Assembly (NCBI GenBank): GCA_964604385.1
Contig: CAZRYV010000001.1
Span: 1 to 39,478 of the forward strand
Source: an uncultured Brachyspira sp.
Lineage (GTDB): Bacteria > Spirochaetota > Brachyspiria > Brachyspirales > Brachyspiraceae
Length of the DNA: 39,478 nucleotides
Direction: 5' to 3'
Each line of letters starts with the position of its first letter. The first letter of the stretch is position 1. The notes under the pieces are model-generated. The model was not told the origin of the DNA. It made no database searches and saw only the letters and a list, made by a program, of their open reading frames with translations. A program made the position numbers and the translations under genes. This document shows positions 10,371-20,162 of this stretch, in pieces.

Positions 10371-11540
10371 TTATTTTGGAATCGAAGTTTGCAATCTTAT
10401 AAAATCTCTATCTTTAGGAAATAATTTTAACGCCTCTTCGGAAATTGTATAAGCGTTATTGTATCTTCTAGAATTATATTCCGATACGATATAATTATAA
10501 TACGAAACTTTAAGATTATTTTCCAATACTTGAGCGTCATGCCCAATATCTTTTAAGCCCTGTTTGTAAATCTGTATAGCGCTTGGAAAATCTTTTTTCC
10601 CCAAATACGAAAGCCCTATAGTGTTGTAGTAGCGGATTATAGTTTCTTTTGTCCTTACATTTGTATTGTCAAAAATTAAAGCTTCTTCCAAATGTCTGTA
10701 GGCTTCGTCATATTCGGATTTATTTATATGTTCCAAAGCCGCTCTATTGAAAGCTCTTACTAAATTATCGTTATACATTTTAGTATCGGGTGAAAGATAG
10801 TAGGCTTTTTTTGCCATTATAATTTGTTTGTCCAAATCTTTTTCTATTTTTCTTAAAGAAATCGAGTTTGGATATAGAGTCGCTATTAAAGTTAAAATAT
10901 CCACTTCGTTTCTATTGTTATAATTTTGTTTTGGGACGAAAGTTATTATTGTGGACGAACCCGTATTTCTTATTTCTTTAGTTCCGGGGTCGAATCCTTT
11001 TGCCAATGTTGTCTCTACATCTATATTTCCTCTGTCCGTATAAACCATACAAAATGCATGATTCGAAGTTAAAATTCCATTAACCTTATAACCGAATTCC
11101 GTATAAAGCAAAGAATATAATATGCTCGAAGTAAGGCAATTATATTCTCCTTTATATATCATATCTTGAAATAAAGTAGCGGTTTCAAAATATTTTTTCA
11201 ATATTCCTTTTTCGTAAATCCATGATAATAATCTTTTTCCAAAATCGTAAGCGCCTTCTTTGACATATTGCGAAAGTTCGGATTTTGCCAAATTTCTTAT
11301 TTCGTTTATTTTTTCTTTATATAATTTAAATTCCTCTTCGTCCGTTATTCCCGAAGCGATTATAAATCCATCGTAATGAATTTCTATATTGTTCGTTTTT
11401 CCCCTGTCAATTTTGGTAAAAAAATCATATTCCAATTTTGTCACTTCGCTTGATGTAAATTTTATTTTATCGGAAGGTTTGGCGTATATTGAGGAATAAA
11501 CGATTAATAAAAATAATATGATTTTAAAATACTTATTCAT
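10371..11540 (-). CDS. Exported protein with transglutaminase-like (Cys-His-Asp/Glu) core and C-terminal TPRs
   Basis: Signal peptide; YNCLTSSILY...NHAF...DVETT pattern; TPR-like helices in the C-terminal third; RBS ggag. Confidence 0.65.
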   Translation of the reverse strand: MNKYFKIILFLLIVYSSIYAKPSDKIKFTSSEVTKLEYDFFTKIDRGKTNNIEIHYDGFIIASGITDEEEFKLYKEKINEIRNLAKSELSQYVKEGAYDFGKRLLSWIYEKGILKKYFETATLFQDMIYKGEYNCLTSSILYSLLYTEFGYKVNGILTSNHAFCMVYTDRGNIDVETTLAKGFDPGTKEIRNTGSSTIITFVPKQNYNNRNEVDILTLIATLYPNSISLRKIEKDLDKQIIMAKKAYYLSPDTKMYNDNLVRAFNRAALEHINKSEYDEAYRHLEEALIFDNTNVRTKETIIRYYNTIGLSYLGKKDFPSAIQIYKQGLKDIGHDAQVLENNLKVSYYNYIVSEYNSRRYNNAYTISEEALKLFPKDRDFIRLQTSIPK

Positions 11541-11613
11541 ATATCTCCAATTTTAAATAATCTTTATTTATAATATTAATATAATAATTAATTTAAATTA
11601 TAGATAAAAATTT

Positions 11614-12240
11614 TTAATTATCCAATTTATTAAGCTCGTCTCTATATTTTGCAGCGTCTTCGTATCTTTCTTCTTTTACCGCCTGTTCCAATAATTTTTG
11701 TATCTCTTCTTTTGTTTTGAAACTGTTTTCGTTATTATTCGGTTTCATATCGTTTTTTGCGTTTTCGGGAGAGATTTCCTTATCGAATACTTGATAATTG
11801 TAAGGAATGCCATTTTCCATTACCTCTTTATTTTTCTCTCCGTTATCTTCCAATATCATTCCCGCTTTCTCTATAACATGCTCTTCAACAAAAATAGATG
11901 CTTGAAATCTCAACGCTAGCGCTATGGCATCAGAAGGTCTAGCATCTATAAATATATTCTTTCCGTTATGGTCTATTACGAGTTTTGAATAATATGTATC
12001 CGAATGAACATTATCTATTATTATATTTACAAGCCTTATATTGCAATTTTTAAATATGCTGTTTATAAGGTCATGCGTTAGAGGTCTTCCCATTTTATAA
12101 TTAAATAACGCTGTCGCCATCGATTGCGCTTGCAAATAATCTATAAATATAGGTATAACTCTTTCGGAGTTTATAGGTCTCAACATAACGACAAAACCTT
12201 TATCCGTAATAGCCAAACTGTGAACTTTCGCTTCAATCAC
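11614..12240 (-). CDS. Bifunctional nuclease family (DUF151) protein with C-terminal UVR coiled-coil
   Basis: Motifs IPIFI, RPLTHDL and IDARPSDAIALALR; C-terminal AVKEERYEDAAKYRD. Start moved to GTG at 12240 because RBS gagg precedes it; the track start at 12297 is the TTG of a -35 box. Confidence 0.88.
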   Translation of the reverse strand: MIEAKVHSLAITDKGFVVMLRPINSERVIPIFIDYLQAQSMATALFNYKMGRPLTHDLINSIFKNCNIRLVNIIIDNVHSDTYYSKLVIDHNGKNIFIDARPSDAIALALRFQASIFVEEHVIEKAGMILEDNGEKNKEVMENGIPYNYQVFDKEISPENAKNDMKPNNNENSFKTKEEIQKLLEQAVKEERYEDAAKYRDELNKLDN

Positions 12241-12364
12241 TTTTATAATCCTCTTAAAATATAAAAATAATATTAATATATATATTTTATTTGTCAATAT
12301 AAAGTGTCGGATAATTATTATATAAAAAATATTATATAAAACCGTTAAAAACGATACGGTAATT

Positions 12365-13756
12365 TTACGATATACCGAGTCTCTTTACCGCTTCGGAAAT
12401 ATGTTCTATTCCTATAACTTTTATTCCTTCGGTTATTTTCGAGTTTTGAATTTCTTTTAAAGCTCTCTTTGAAATATACGCTTCTTTGAGAGAAAATTTT
12501 TTCATCTCTTTTATTCTTCTTTCTATAAATCTTACGGGACGAACTTCGCCCGAAAGTCCAAGCTCTCCTATATAGGCGGTTGTTCTTTGAATTGCAATTC
12601 CCGACATGCTTGAAGCTATAGCCATTGCCACCGACAAATCGCTTGCAGTTTCTTTTACATTGAGTCCGTTCGCTATATTTAAATATACATCCTGATTCGA
12701 CAAATTAAGATGCGCTCTCTTTTCGAGTATAGCTATTATTATTAAAAGTCTGTATTGGTCGTATCCGATTGTTAATCTTCTTGGATAACCGAAAGCGCTG
12801 CTGCCTACCAAAGCTTCCTGTTCCACGCAAAAAACTCTGCTTCCCTCGATTACGGGGCTTATGACATTTCCAGCAAAGATAGATTCGTTAATTCCTTTTG
12901 TAAATATTCTTGAAGCGTCTTTTACTTCCATAAGTCCTTTTTCCGTCATTTCGAATATTCCAACCTCGTCTACCGCTCCGTATCTATTTTTTACCGCCCT
13001 TAATATTCTGTATATTCCTTTGTCGTCTCCTTCAAAATATAAAACGCAATCGACTATATGCTCGAGTATTTTCGGACCCGCTATTGTTCCTTCTTTAGTT
13101 ATATGTCCCACTAAAAAAATTGTTATATTTTCCAATTTTGCGGTTTGCATTAAAGCCCAAGCGCAGTTTTTAATTTGAGCCGGCGAACCCGCTATGCTGT
13201 TTGTGGACGGACTGTAAATAGTTTGAATCGAATCTATTATAGCCAATTTAGGTTTTTCTTCCAAAAGAGCGTTTACTATACTGTCTGCGTTCGATTCCGA
13301 AGATATTAAAAAATCCGAATCGCTTATATTTAGTCTGTCCGCTCTTAATTTTATCTGCTCCAAAGATTCTTCGCCCGTAAAATAAAATACTTTTTCTTTT
13401 TTCGCTATATTTGAAGCTACTTGCAAGAGTAGGGTAGATTTGCCTATTCCCGGTTCGCCTCCGATTAAAATAACGCTTCCCGATACTATTCCGCCTCCAA
13501 GAACTCCGTTAAGCTCTTCTATTTCAGTCGATATTCTGACATTATCGAATGTTTTTATTTTTTTTATCGAAGTGAGCAAAGCTTTATCGCCCGAATTGAC
13601 ATTTTTATTTTTTATATTTTTACTGCTATTTTCTTCGGGTTGTGAAAAAGGTTTTAATGTATTCCATGAATTACAGGACGGACATTTTCCCATCCAATTA
13701 ATTGCAGTTTCTCCGCAATTTTCGCATACGAATATAATATTACTCTTTTTCGGCAT
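12365..13756 (-). CDS. radA: DNA repair protein RadA/Sms
   Basis: Zn finger CENC...CPSC; GGEPGIGKST; DSIQT; GHITKEG; KNRYG; Lon-like C-terminus GELGLSGEVR. Start placed at MPKKS (13756), overlapping the upstream stop. Confidence 0.96.
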   Translation of the reverse strand: MPKKSNIIFVCENCGETAINWMGKCPSCNSWNTLKPFSQPEENSSKNIKNKNVNSGDKALLTSIKKIKTFDNVRISTEIEELNGVLGGGIVSGSVILIGGEPGIGKSTLLLQVASNIAKKEKVFYFTGEESLEQIKLRADRLNISDSDFLISSESNADSIVNALLEEKPKLAIIDSIQTIYSPSTNSIAGSPAQIKNCAWALMQTAKLENITIFLVGHITKEGTIAGPKILEHIVDCVLYFEGDDKGIYRILRAVKNRYGAVDEVGIFEMTEKGLMEVKDASRIFTKGINESIFAGNVISPVIEGSRVFCVEQEALVGSSAFGYPRRLTIGYDQYRLLIIIAILEKRAHLNLSNQDVYLNIANGLNVKETASDLSVAMAIASSMSGIAIQRTTAYIGELGLSGEVRPVRFIERRIKEMKKFSLKEAYISKRALKEIQNSKITEGIKVIGIEHISEAVKRLGIS

Positions 13757-15794
13757 TATTGAATTTCTCAAATATTTTCTTTCTTCTTTTTTTATCGGAA
13801 TTCCATAATGCGAGTCCGAATACTATAACGATTAAAGGAACTATAACTATATTTATTACCCTAACGAATAATTTGAAACTTTCGGGAATCTGATACGGAG
13901 GATTAAATATAGAGCCTTTTCTTCTTATGCTCATAAGTCCGCCGTCTCCCGCCATATAATCTATCAAATTCATTAAGAATATTCTGTTTGCTTGATAGGC
14001 GCTATTTTTTCCCATGTCGCATGAACCAACTACTATTATTTTGCCGTCGCTTGTAGAATTTATTCTGTTTATATTCGCTATATTCGGCTGATTATTATTA
14101 GTGTTTGTAATCGTTATGTCTTTTCCTAAAAAAGCGCTTTCCATTCTTCCTTCGGATATTGCAGCGACCAATCTCTTCGATAATCTGCTCGAATCTGAAG
14201 GAGCTCCTTCGTTCATAGAAGTCGATATATATTCTGTTTCAGTCCAACTTCTATCGCTCGTATGAAGCAATGGAGTTATTTTCACTCCGTCTATATTGGT
14301 GTTAATCAAAACTTCGGAAGTCATCGGAGAGAGTATTAAATTTATGCTTTTCGTTATGTCGTTTTTTGAATTTATATTTTCCGTAGTTATTAAAGGAATA
14401 TGATATAATATTTGTTCGAGTCTCGTTTGCTGATTTCTACTTCTATAGGAATTTTCGTCAAATATCATATTTGTTTCTATATATAAGCCGTAATTTTGAA
14501 GTATGCTATTTAGTCCGTTGTCTATAGGAACTAATCTAGGCTCGGCATCGTATACGGGATAATTGAAACCGCCTTCGTTGATTTCAGAACCGTTAATCAT
14601 AAATAAAACGGGTTTTCCGCTCATTATAAATTGGTCTATTTTATATAATTCGTTTTCTGTAAAAGAAGATTTGCTTCCCGCTATTATAAGAGCGTCTATA
14701 ATCGAAGGAATATTTTCCGTTCTTGTATCTATAACTTCAAAATTATGAGTTTCGTTTATTTCGTTTAAATATTCCGTATAACTACTATAGCTGTCGTTTG
14801 GATTTCCTCCAAATTCTTGCGGGATGTCAACAAAATCAGGCTCGCCATGTCCCGTGATATATCCTATACTAGCCTTAATTCCAAGCATTCCGTCAATATT
14901 TTTTAATATATCGTCTTTTACCGCCGCAAAATCTCCGTATAAAATCGCGGTAGTCGCCAATTCTTTTATATCATCTCCGTTTTCCAAAACCAAAGAAAAA
15001 TAACCGCTTCCTTTATTTATAACAACTTTTCCGTTTTCGTCTTTTATATCATCCCATTCCAATTTTTTTACATTTAATTTTTTTAATATTTCTTCGTTAT
15101 TAACTTCGCTTTCGGGATGCGACATATCTATATTATTGAAAACGACTTTATTCATTAAATTTTTATTCGCTTCGATTACCGCCTGCATAATTGAATCGGG
15201 AACGGAAGTAGACGCTCCCAAAGGCAAAAGTTCATAAATTACGGGAGAGGCTATATAATAAACATTCAAGTTATTTTCGAGTCTTCTTAATTTATCGTTT
15301 TTGTCAAGCAGTTTTTTAATGGCGGTGTCAATATTATATTCTAAACCTTCAGTAGCCTGTATAAACGGTATTGTTTCTATAGAATCTCCGTATAAAAACG
15401 CAAGCCCCAAATAAGCGACTTTAGTTTGAGTTTGGTCTCGCTCCAATACGCTTATCTGACGAGAATTTATTCCGTATTGATTTGCCAAAGACTGATTTTT
15501 TGAAGCGTCTATAATTTCAAAACTTATATTTTTTGATTTGTATCCTTCGAATATATCTTTGACATATTTTTCATAAGTCGAAAAAGGAGACGGAAGATTC
15601 GGCGTCACAAAAAATTTCACGCTCATAGGTTCTCTTATATTTCTTATAAGAGTTTTGCTTTCCTTACTTAAAGAATAAACTTTATCCCTCGTTAAATCCA
15701 AAGAAGGGTTGAATTGATTGATAATCGCATTGATTAAAATTATAATTATCAAAATTAAAATAAATGTTATGATTCTGTCTTTTTTCTTTGTCAT
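13740..15794 (-). CDS. GldG-family / ABC transporter auxiliary membrane protein
   Basis: N-terminal TM then DLTRDKVYSLS; GYITGHGE; IDQFIMSG; NRIFLMNLIDYM...IR; C-terminal TM followed by a basic tail. Confidence 0.85.
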   Translation of the reverse strand: MTKKKDRIITFILILIIIILINAIINQFNPSLDLTRDKVYSLSKESKTLIRNIREPMSVKFFVTPNLPSPFSTYEKYVKDIFEGYKSKNISFEIIDASKNQSLANQYGINSRQISVLERDQTQTKVAYLGLAFLYGDSIETIPFIQATEGLEYNIDTAIKKLLDKNDKLRRLENNLNVYYIASPVIYELLPLGASTSVPDSIMQAVIEANKNLMNKVVFNNIDMSHPESEVNNEEILKKLNVKKLEWDDIKDENGKVVINKGSGYFSLVLENGDDIKELATTAILYGDFAAVKDDILKNIDGMLGIKASIGYITGHGEPDFVDIPQEFGGNPNDSYSSYTEYLNEINETHNFEVIDTRTENIPSIIDALIIAGSKSSFTENELYKIDQFIMSGKPVLFMINGSEINEGGFNYPVYDAEPRLVPIDNGLNSILQNYGLYIETNMIFDENSYRSRNQQTRLEQILYHIPLITTENINSKNDITKSINLILSPMTSEVLINTNIDGVKITPLLHTSDRSWTETEYISTSMNEGAPSDSSRLSKRLVAAISEGRMESAFLGKDITITNTNNNQPNIANINRINSTSDGKIIVVGSCDMGKNSAYQANRIFLMNLIDYMAGDGGLMSIRRKGSIFNPPYQIPESFKLFVRVINIVIVPLIVIVFGLALWNSDKKRRKKIFEKFNNAEKE

Positions 15795-16077
15795 ATAAAT
15801 TCCGTTAATTAAATTAAAAATAATGGTTATATAATAATATATAATTCATTATAAAACAAGTGGTTTATTGCATTACATATAATGTGATATTTTGACAAAT
15901 TATATTTTTCAATTTTTCAAAAATATAATCAAAAAATTAATCTATAAAGTTCAAATACATTTTTTATTTAATATATTCTATTTATTTACGATATTTAAAA
16001 AAGAATTTTAAAATATAAATAAAAAATAATTAAAAAATATATAAAAATATTAAAAAAATATTAAAAAAGCATTTATT

Positions 16078-17103
16078 ATGAATGAAAATATTTTAGTCAT
16101 AGAATATAGAACCGAACTTATTGAAAAAATAGTCGATATCTTAAAACAAAGACATTATAATCCTATTCAAACGCAATCTCGTTCTAAAGGAATAGAAATA
16201 GCAAATGAAAGTTCTATAGATTTGATAATACTCGAAGCCGATATTGGAGAATCCAAAGGTTTGGAATTATTGGAAACTTTTAAAAATACAGAAAATACGA
16301 AAGGAATTCCCGTTATTCTATTAAGCACTCCTTATAGAAAAATGGATTTTATAGAAGAGGCTATGAATTTGGGAATTGACGGTTTAATATTTACTCCTTT
16401 TGACGAAATGGAATTTATAGCCGCAGTTCATGGAGCTTTAAAATTAAAAAAATTATTCGTTGAAAATGATAAATTAATCAAACAGAATAATAATATCGAA
16501 GAAGAATTGAATAATCTTAAAGAAGTTTCCGAAGGACATTATAAATCCTATAAAGAAGCTCAAAAAAAATATGACGAAATACTTAATTACGATTTGGAAA
16601 CGGGACTGAATAATAAAAAAGAATTCTATAAACAATTTAAAAAATTAGTTTCTGAAAGCGTTCGGCATGAAGATACGATTATATTGTCATGTTTTTGTAT
16701 AGACGGACTTGAAAATATAATAAACGAATTTGGGATTATGGCGGCGGAAGAGATAATTCTTCAATTTACGAAAGTTTTGAAAGACGCAAGCAGAGAAGAG
16801 GATTTAATAGCCCGTTTAAACAATAACGAATTTATAGTGGCATTTAAAAGAATGGATATAAGATTATACGATGAGAAAGTGGAAGAGATAAAAAAAATGG
16901 TAGATAAAAACGAACTCGATTATAACGGTATGATTATAAAATATACTATGTCGGCAGGAATATCGTATACGGCTTACAGGAAAAATTATCATTTTGAAAA
17001 TAATGTCGATAAGGAAATCTCTCCCGTTCTTTTGGCTTTGCATAACGCTAAAAGAAGAGGTTTTGCATCCGTGTATGTTCATCCTACAGTGATAAGAAAA
17101 TAA
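16078..17103 (+). CDS. Pseudo-receiver + coiled coil + degenerate GGDEF domain protein
   Basis: REC fold pattern (ILVIE, DLIILE, IPVILLS, TPF); DLETGLNN; REEDLIARLNNNEF in place of RxxD...RxGGDEF; SAGIS. Confidence 0.85.
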   Translation: MNENILVIEYRTELIEKIVDILKQRHYNPIQTQSRSKGIEIANESSIDLIILEADIGESKGLELLETFKNTENTKGIPVILLSTPYRKMDFIEEAMNLGIDGLIFTPFDEMEFIAAVHGALKLKKLFVENDKLIKQNNNIEEELNNLKEVSEGHYKSYKEAQKKYDEILNYDLETGLNNKKEFYKQFKKLVSESVRHEDTIILSCFCIDGLENIINEFGIMAAEEIILQFTKVLKDASREEDLIARLNNNEFIVAFKRMDIRLYDEKVEEIKKMVDKNELDYNGMIIKYTMSAGISYTAYRKNYHFENNVDKEISPVLLALHNAKRRGFASVYVHPTVIRK

Positions 17104-17114
17104 AAATAAATATT

Positions 17115-17711
17115 ATGATTATTAATCTTGATAAAAAAGATATAGAAAATACAAAATATGTCGCAAATGAAGTCGCTAAAATCATAAAAGACGGCGGAGT
17201 CGTTATTTCGCCAACCGACACGGTTTATGGAATTCTCGCAAACGCTTTTAATGCGGATGCCGTTTTTAGAATATACAAAATCAAAGGAAGAGAAAAAGAC
17301 AAACCATTTTTAATTTTGCTTGAAAACGAAAAAGATTTGGAATTGTTTTCCGATATGCCAATTCCCGAAATTGTAAAAAAAAATATCCCGGGCGAATTAA
17401 CTTTTATTATGCCTTTGGCAAAAAATTTAAAATATAATTTTGACTTTTTAAAATCGACGGTAGCAATTCGCATTCCAAAAGACGATTATATGAGACTTAT
17501 TTTAAAAGAAACTCCTCCAATCGTAGCGCCGTCCGCCAATCTTTCGGGAGAAGGCGTTATATATGACGGAGATAAAATAGTTGAAATTTTTAAAGACAAG
17601 GTTGATTTAATAGTCAATGCAGGATTAATAGAAAAAAAACTTCCTTCTACTTTATACGATTCTATAAATAAAAAAATTCTTCGTCAGGGAGAAGTTTATC
17701 TTAAAGAATAA
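17115..17711 (+). CDS. tsaC: L-threonylcarbamoyladenylate synthase (Sua5/YrdC)
   Basis: Motifs PTDTVYGI, IYKIKGR...KP, VAIRIP, PSANLSG, PST and ILRQG. Confidence 0.92.
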   Translation: MIINLDKKDIENTKYVANEVAKIIKDGGVVISPTDTVYGILANAFNADAVFRIYKIKGREKDKPFLILLENEKDLELFSDMPIPEIVKKNIPGELTFIMPLAKNLKYNFDFLKSTVAIRIPKDDYMRLILKETPPIVAPSANLSGEGVIYDGDKIVEIFKDKVDLIVNAGLIEKKLPSTLYDSINKKILRQGEVYLKE

Positions 17712-17774
17712 TTATATTATTAAATTTATTTTAAAATTGTTTTAAATTATTTAAAATAAATTTAGAATTTGCTA

Positions 17775-17803
17775 TTGACTTTCTATCTATAGTAATGTAT
17801 TAT
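17775..17803 (+). promoter_or_regulatory. Sigma70-type promoter for cysK-cysE(-msrA)
   Basis: TTGACT-N17-TATTAT; strong RBS aggagg before cysK. Confidence 0.65.
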
Positions 17804-17839
17804 TTATCAAACAAATTAATGTTTATCAGGAGGATATAA

Positions 17840-18751
17840 ATGGTATATAATAATGTATTGGAATTGGTGGGAAATACTCCCATCGTTAGACTTGAAAAGA
17901 TAGAAAAAAAGTTTAATTTTAATGAACGAATTAAACTTTTTGGAAAGATAGAAAAAAATAATCCCGTAGGTTCGGTTAAAGATAGACCCGTAAAACAAAT
18001 GCTGCTCGATTTATTTGAAAGCGGAAAATTAAAAGAAGGTTCTACGATAATAGAGCCTACTTCGGGAAACACTGGAATCGCTATGGCAGCTATAGGTTCT
18101 TATTTAAAGCTTAATGTTATAATAGTTATGCCGTCTTCTATGTCGCAAGAAAGAAGAAAACTAATAAAAGATTACGGCGCAAGACTCGAACTTGTGGACG
18201 GAGGAATGAGTGTTGCGGTAGAGCGGGCGAATCAATTAAATAAAGATATAAAAGATTCCGTTATACCGGGACAATTTGTAAATCAATCCAATGTTAAATC
18301 GCATTATAATTATACGGCGCCCGAAATATTTAATGACATTCCCGATATAGATTATATAGTTGCGGGAATAGGAACGGGAGGAACGGCGACAGGAATCGGC
18401 AAATATATTTTGGATAATAAAAAACAGACGAAAGTTATAGGAGTCGAACCTGAATCTTCTCCTTTGCTTACAAAAGGAAAAGCTTCTCCTCATAAAATTC
18501 AAGGAATAGGCGCAAATTTTATCCCTGAGATTTTAGACCAAAAAGTTATAAGCGATATTATAGATGTTTCGGACGATAACGCCATAAATACCGCAAGGGA
18601 AATATGCATAAACGAAGGTTTGCTTGTGGGAATATCTTCGGGGGCGAGCGTTTACGGAGCTATAGAATTGAGTAAAAAAATAGAAGTTAATAAAGATATA
18701 AAAATACTTTCAATTTTACCCGATACGGGCGAAAGGTATACTTGGAATTAA
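17840..18751 (+). CDS. cysK: Cysteine synthase A
   Basis: Motifs GNTPIV, PLP lysine SVKDR, EPTSGNTG, GTGGT, HKIQGIG, GISSGA and PDTGERY. Confidence 0.96.
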   Translation: MVYNNVLELVGNTPIVRLEKIEKKFNFNERIKLFGKIEKNNPVGSVKDRPVKQMLLDLFESGKLKEGSTIIEPTSGNTGIAMAAIGSYLKLNVIIVMPSSMSQERRKLIKDYGARLELVDGGMSVAVERANQLNKDIKDSVIPGQFVNQSNVKSHYNYTAPEIFNDIPDIDYIVAGIGTGGTATGIGKYILDNKKQTKVIGVEPESSPLLTKGKASPHKIQGIGANFIPEILDQKVISDIIDVSDDNAINTAREICINEGLLVGISSGASVYGAIELSKKIEVNKDIKILSILPDTGERYTWN

Positions 18752-18781
18752 CTTTTAATTTTAATTTTATATCATAGTTTT

Positions 18782-19513
18782 ATGAAGTTAAAAACTTTTA
18801 AAGAATTGCCTAATAAAAAAAATATAAAAGAGATTATAAAGTATATCAGAGATTATATTTTTCCCGATTTTTTTAGAAAGTCGGGAAAAATTGACGATAT
18901 TAAAAAAAATATCTCCAAACTTTATTTAAAAATAGTTTTTAAAAATTCTAAAAATTCTGAAAATTCTAATTTGGAAGATTTTATAAAACAGTTGGATAAT
19001 ATTAAAGAGGTTTTAAAAAAGGATTTGGAATTCTTTTTCGATTCGGACCCTGCATGCAAATCTTACGATGAGATTATTTTAACTTATCCCGGTTTTAGGG
19101 CAATATTTAGTTATAGAATATCGCATATATTTTATAATCAAAAAGAATATTTAACGGCAAGGATAATATCGGAATACGCTCATTCTAAAACGGGAATAGA
19201 TATTCATCCCGGAGCAAAAATAGGGGAATATTTTTTTATAGACCATGGGACGGGAATAGTTATAGGCGAGACTACAATTATCGGGCATCATGTAAAAATA
19301 TATCAGGGCGTTACTTTGGGAGCTTTGTCGTTAAAAAACGGGCGAGGATTGGAAAATGAAAAAAGGCATCCCACAGTTTGCGATAATGTTACAATTTACG
19401 CCAACGCTTCTATATTTGGAGGAAAAACGGTGATAGGTTCTAACGCTATAATAGGAGCTAACTGCATAGTATTGAAATCGGTTAAAGAAAACGAGAGAGT
19501 GGTTTTGAGTTAG
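18782..19513 (+). CDS. cysE: Serine O-acetyltransferase
   Basis: Motifs DPA, YPG, TGIDIHPGA, FFIDHGTG, YQGVTLG and KRHPT; adjacent to cysK. Confidence 0.93.
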   Translation: MKLKTFKELPNKKNIKEIIKYIRDYIFPDFFRKSGKIDDIKKNISKLYLKIVFKNSKNSENSNLEDFIKQLDNIKEVLKKDLEFFFDSDPACKSYDEIILTYPGFRAIFSYRISHIFYNQKEYLTARIISEYAHSKTGIDIHPGAKIGEYFFIDHGTGIVIGETTIIGHHVKIYQGVTLGALSLKNGRGLENEKRHPTVCDNVTIYANASIFGGKTVIGSNAIIGANCIVLKSVKENERVVLS

Positions 19514-19541
19514 AATATAATATTATTTTTTAGTTTTTATT

Positions 19542-20126
19542 ATGAAGAAAGTATTAATTTTTTTGACGGCGATTTTTATTTTAATTTTTGCATATAATAA
19601 TAATTTTTATCTTAAGGAAAAGAAAATGAACGATAAACCGAAAAATGCAAAATACTGCTACTTTGCATCGGGCTGTTTTTGGGGAACGGAATATTGGTTC
19701 GAGCAAGCTAAAGGAGTATTCGAAGCGGTGAGCGGATATGCGGGCGGACATAAAGAAAACCCAACTTATATGGAAGTTTGTTCGGGACTTACGGGACATT
19801 TGGAGACGGTAATAGTTGGATATGACGGCGAAAAAACCAATTACGAGGTTTTGGTTAAATTATTTTTTGAAACTCATAATTTTACTCAAAAAAATGGACA
19901 GGGACCGGATATAGGCTCTCAATATTTATCTGCGATTTTTTATCAGAACGAAGAGGAAAAAGAGATTGCAGAAAAGTATATTAATATTTTGAAAGAAAAA
20001 GGTTATGATGTAGCCACGACTTTAAGAGAATTTAAAAATTTTTACGAAGCCGAAGATTATCATCAGGATTATTATTTCAAAAAAGGCGCAGTTCCTTATT
20101 GTCATTTTTATAATAAGATATTTTAA
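19542..20126 (+). CDS. msrA: Peptide-methionine (S)-S-oxide reductase, with possible N-terminal signal or anchor
   Basis: Motifs GCFWG, SGYAGG, NPTY.EVC, TGHLE, QGPDIG.QY, AEDYHQDY and YCH; alternative in-frame ATG at 19626. Confidence 0.95.
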   Translation: MKKVLIFLTAIFILIFAYNNNFYLKEKKMNDKPKNAKYCYFASGCFWGTEYWFEQAKGVFEAVSGYAGGHKENPTYMEVCSGLTGHLETVIVGYDGEKTNYEVLVKLFFETHNFTQKNGQGPDIGSQYLSAIFYQNEEEKEIAEKYINILKEKGYDVATTLREFKNFYEAEDYHQDYYFKKGAVPYCHFYNKIF

Positions 20127-20162
20127 AAATATATTTCAAATTATTTTATTTATCCTACATAA

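Noticed and set aside
12241-12297. N-terminal extension of the DUF151 ORF given in the track
   Set aside because: The TTG belongs to a TTGACA -35 box; GTG at 12240 has an SD and matches the family start.
15960-16075. Imperfect repeats of TTAAAAAA(A)TA upstream of the REC-GGDEF gene
   Set aside because: Pure A/T low complexity; no spacer structure or constant period, so not a CRISPR array or iteron set.
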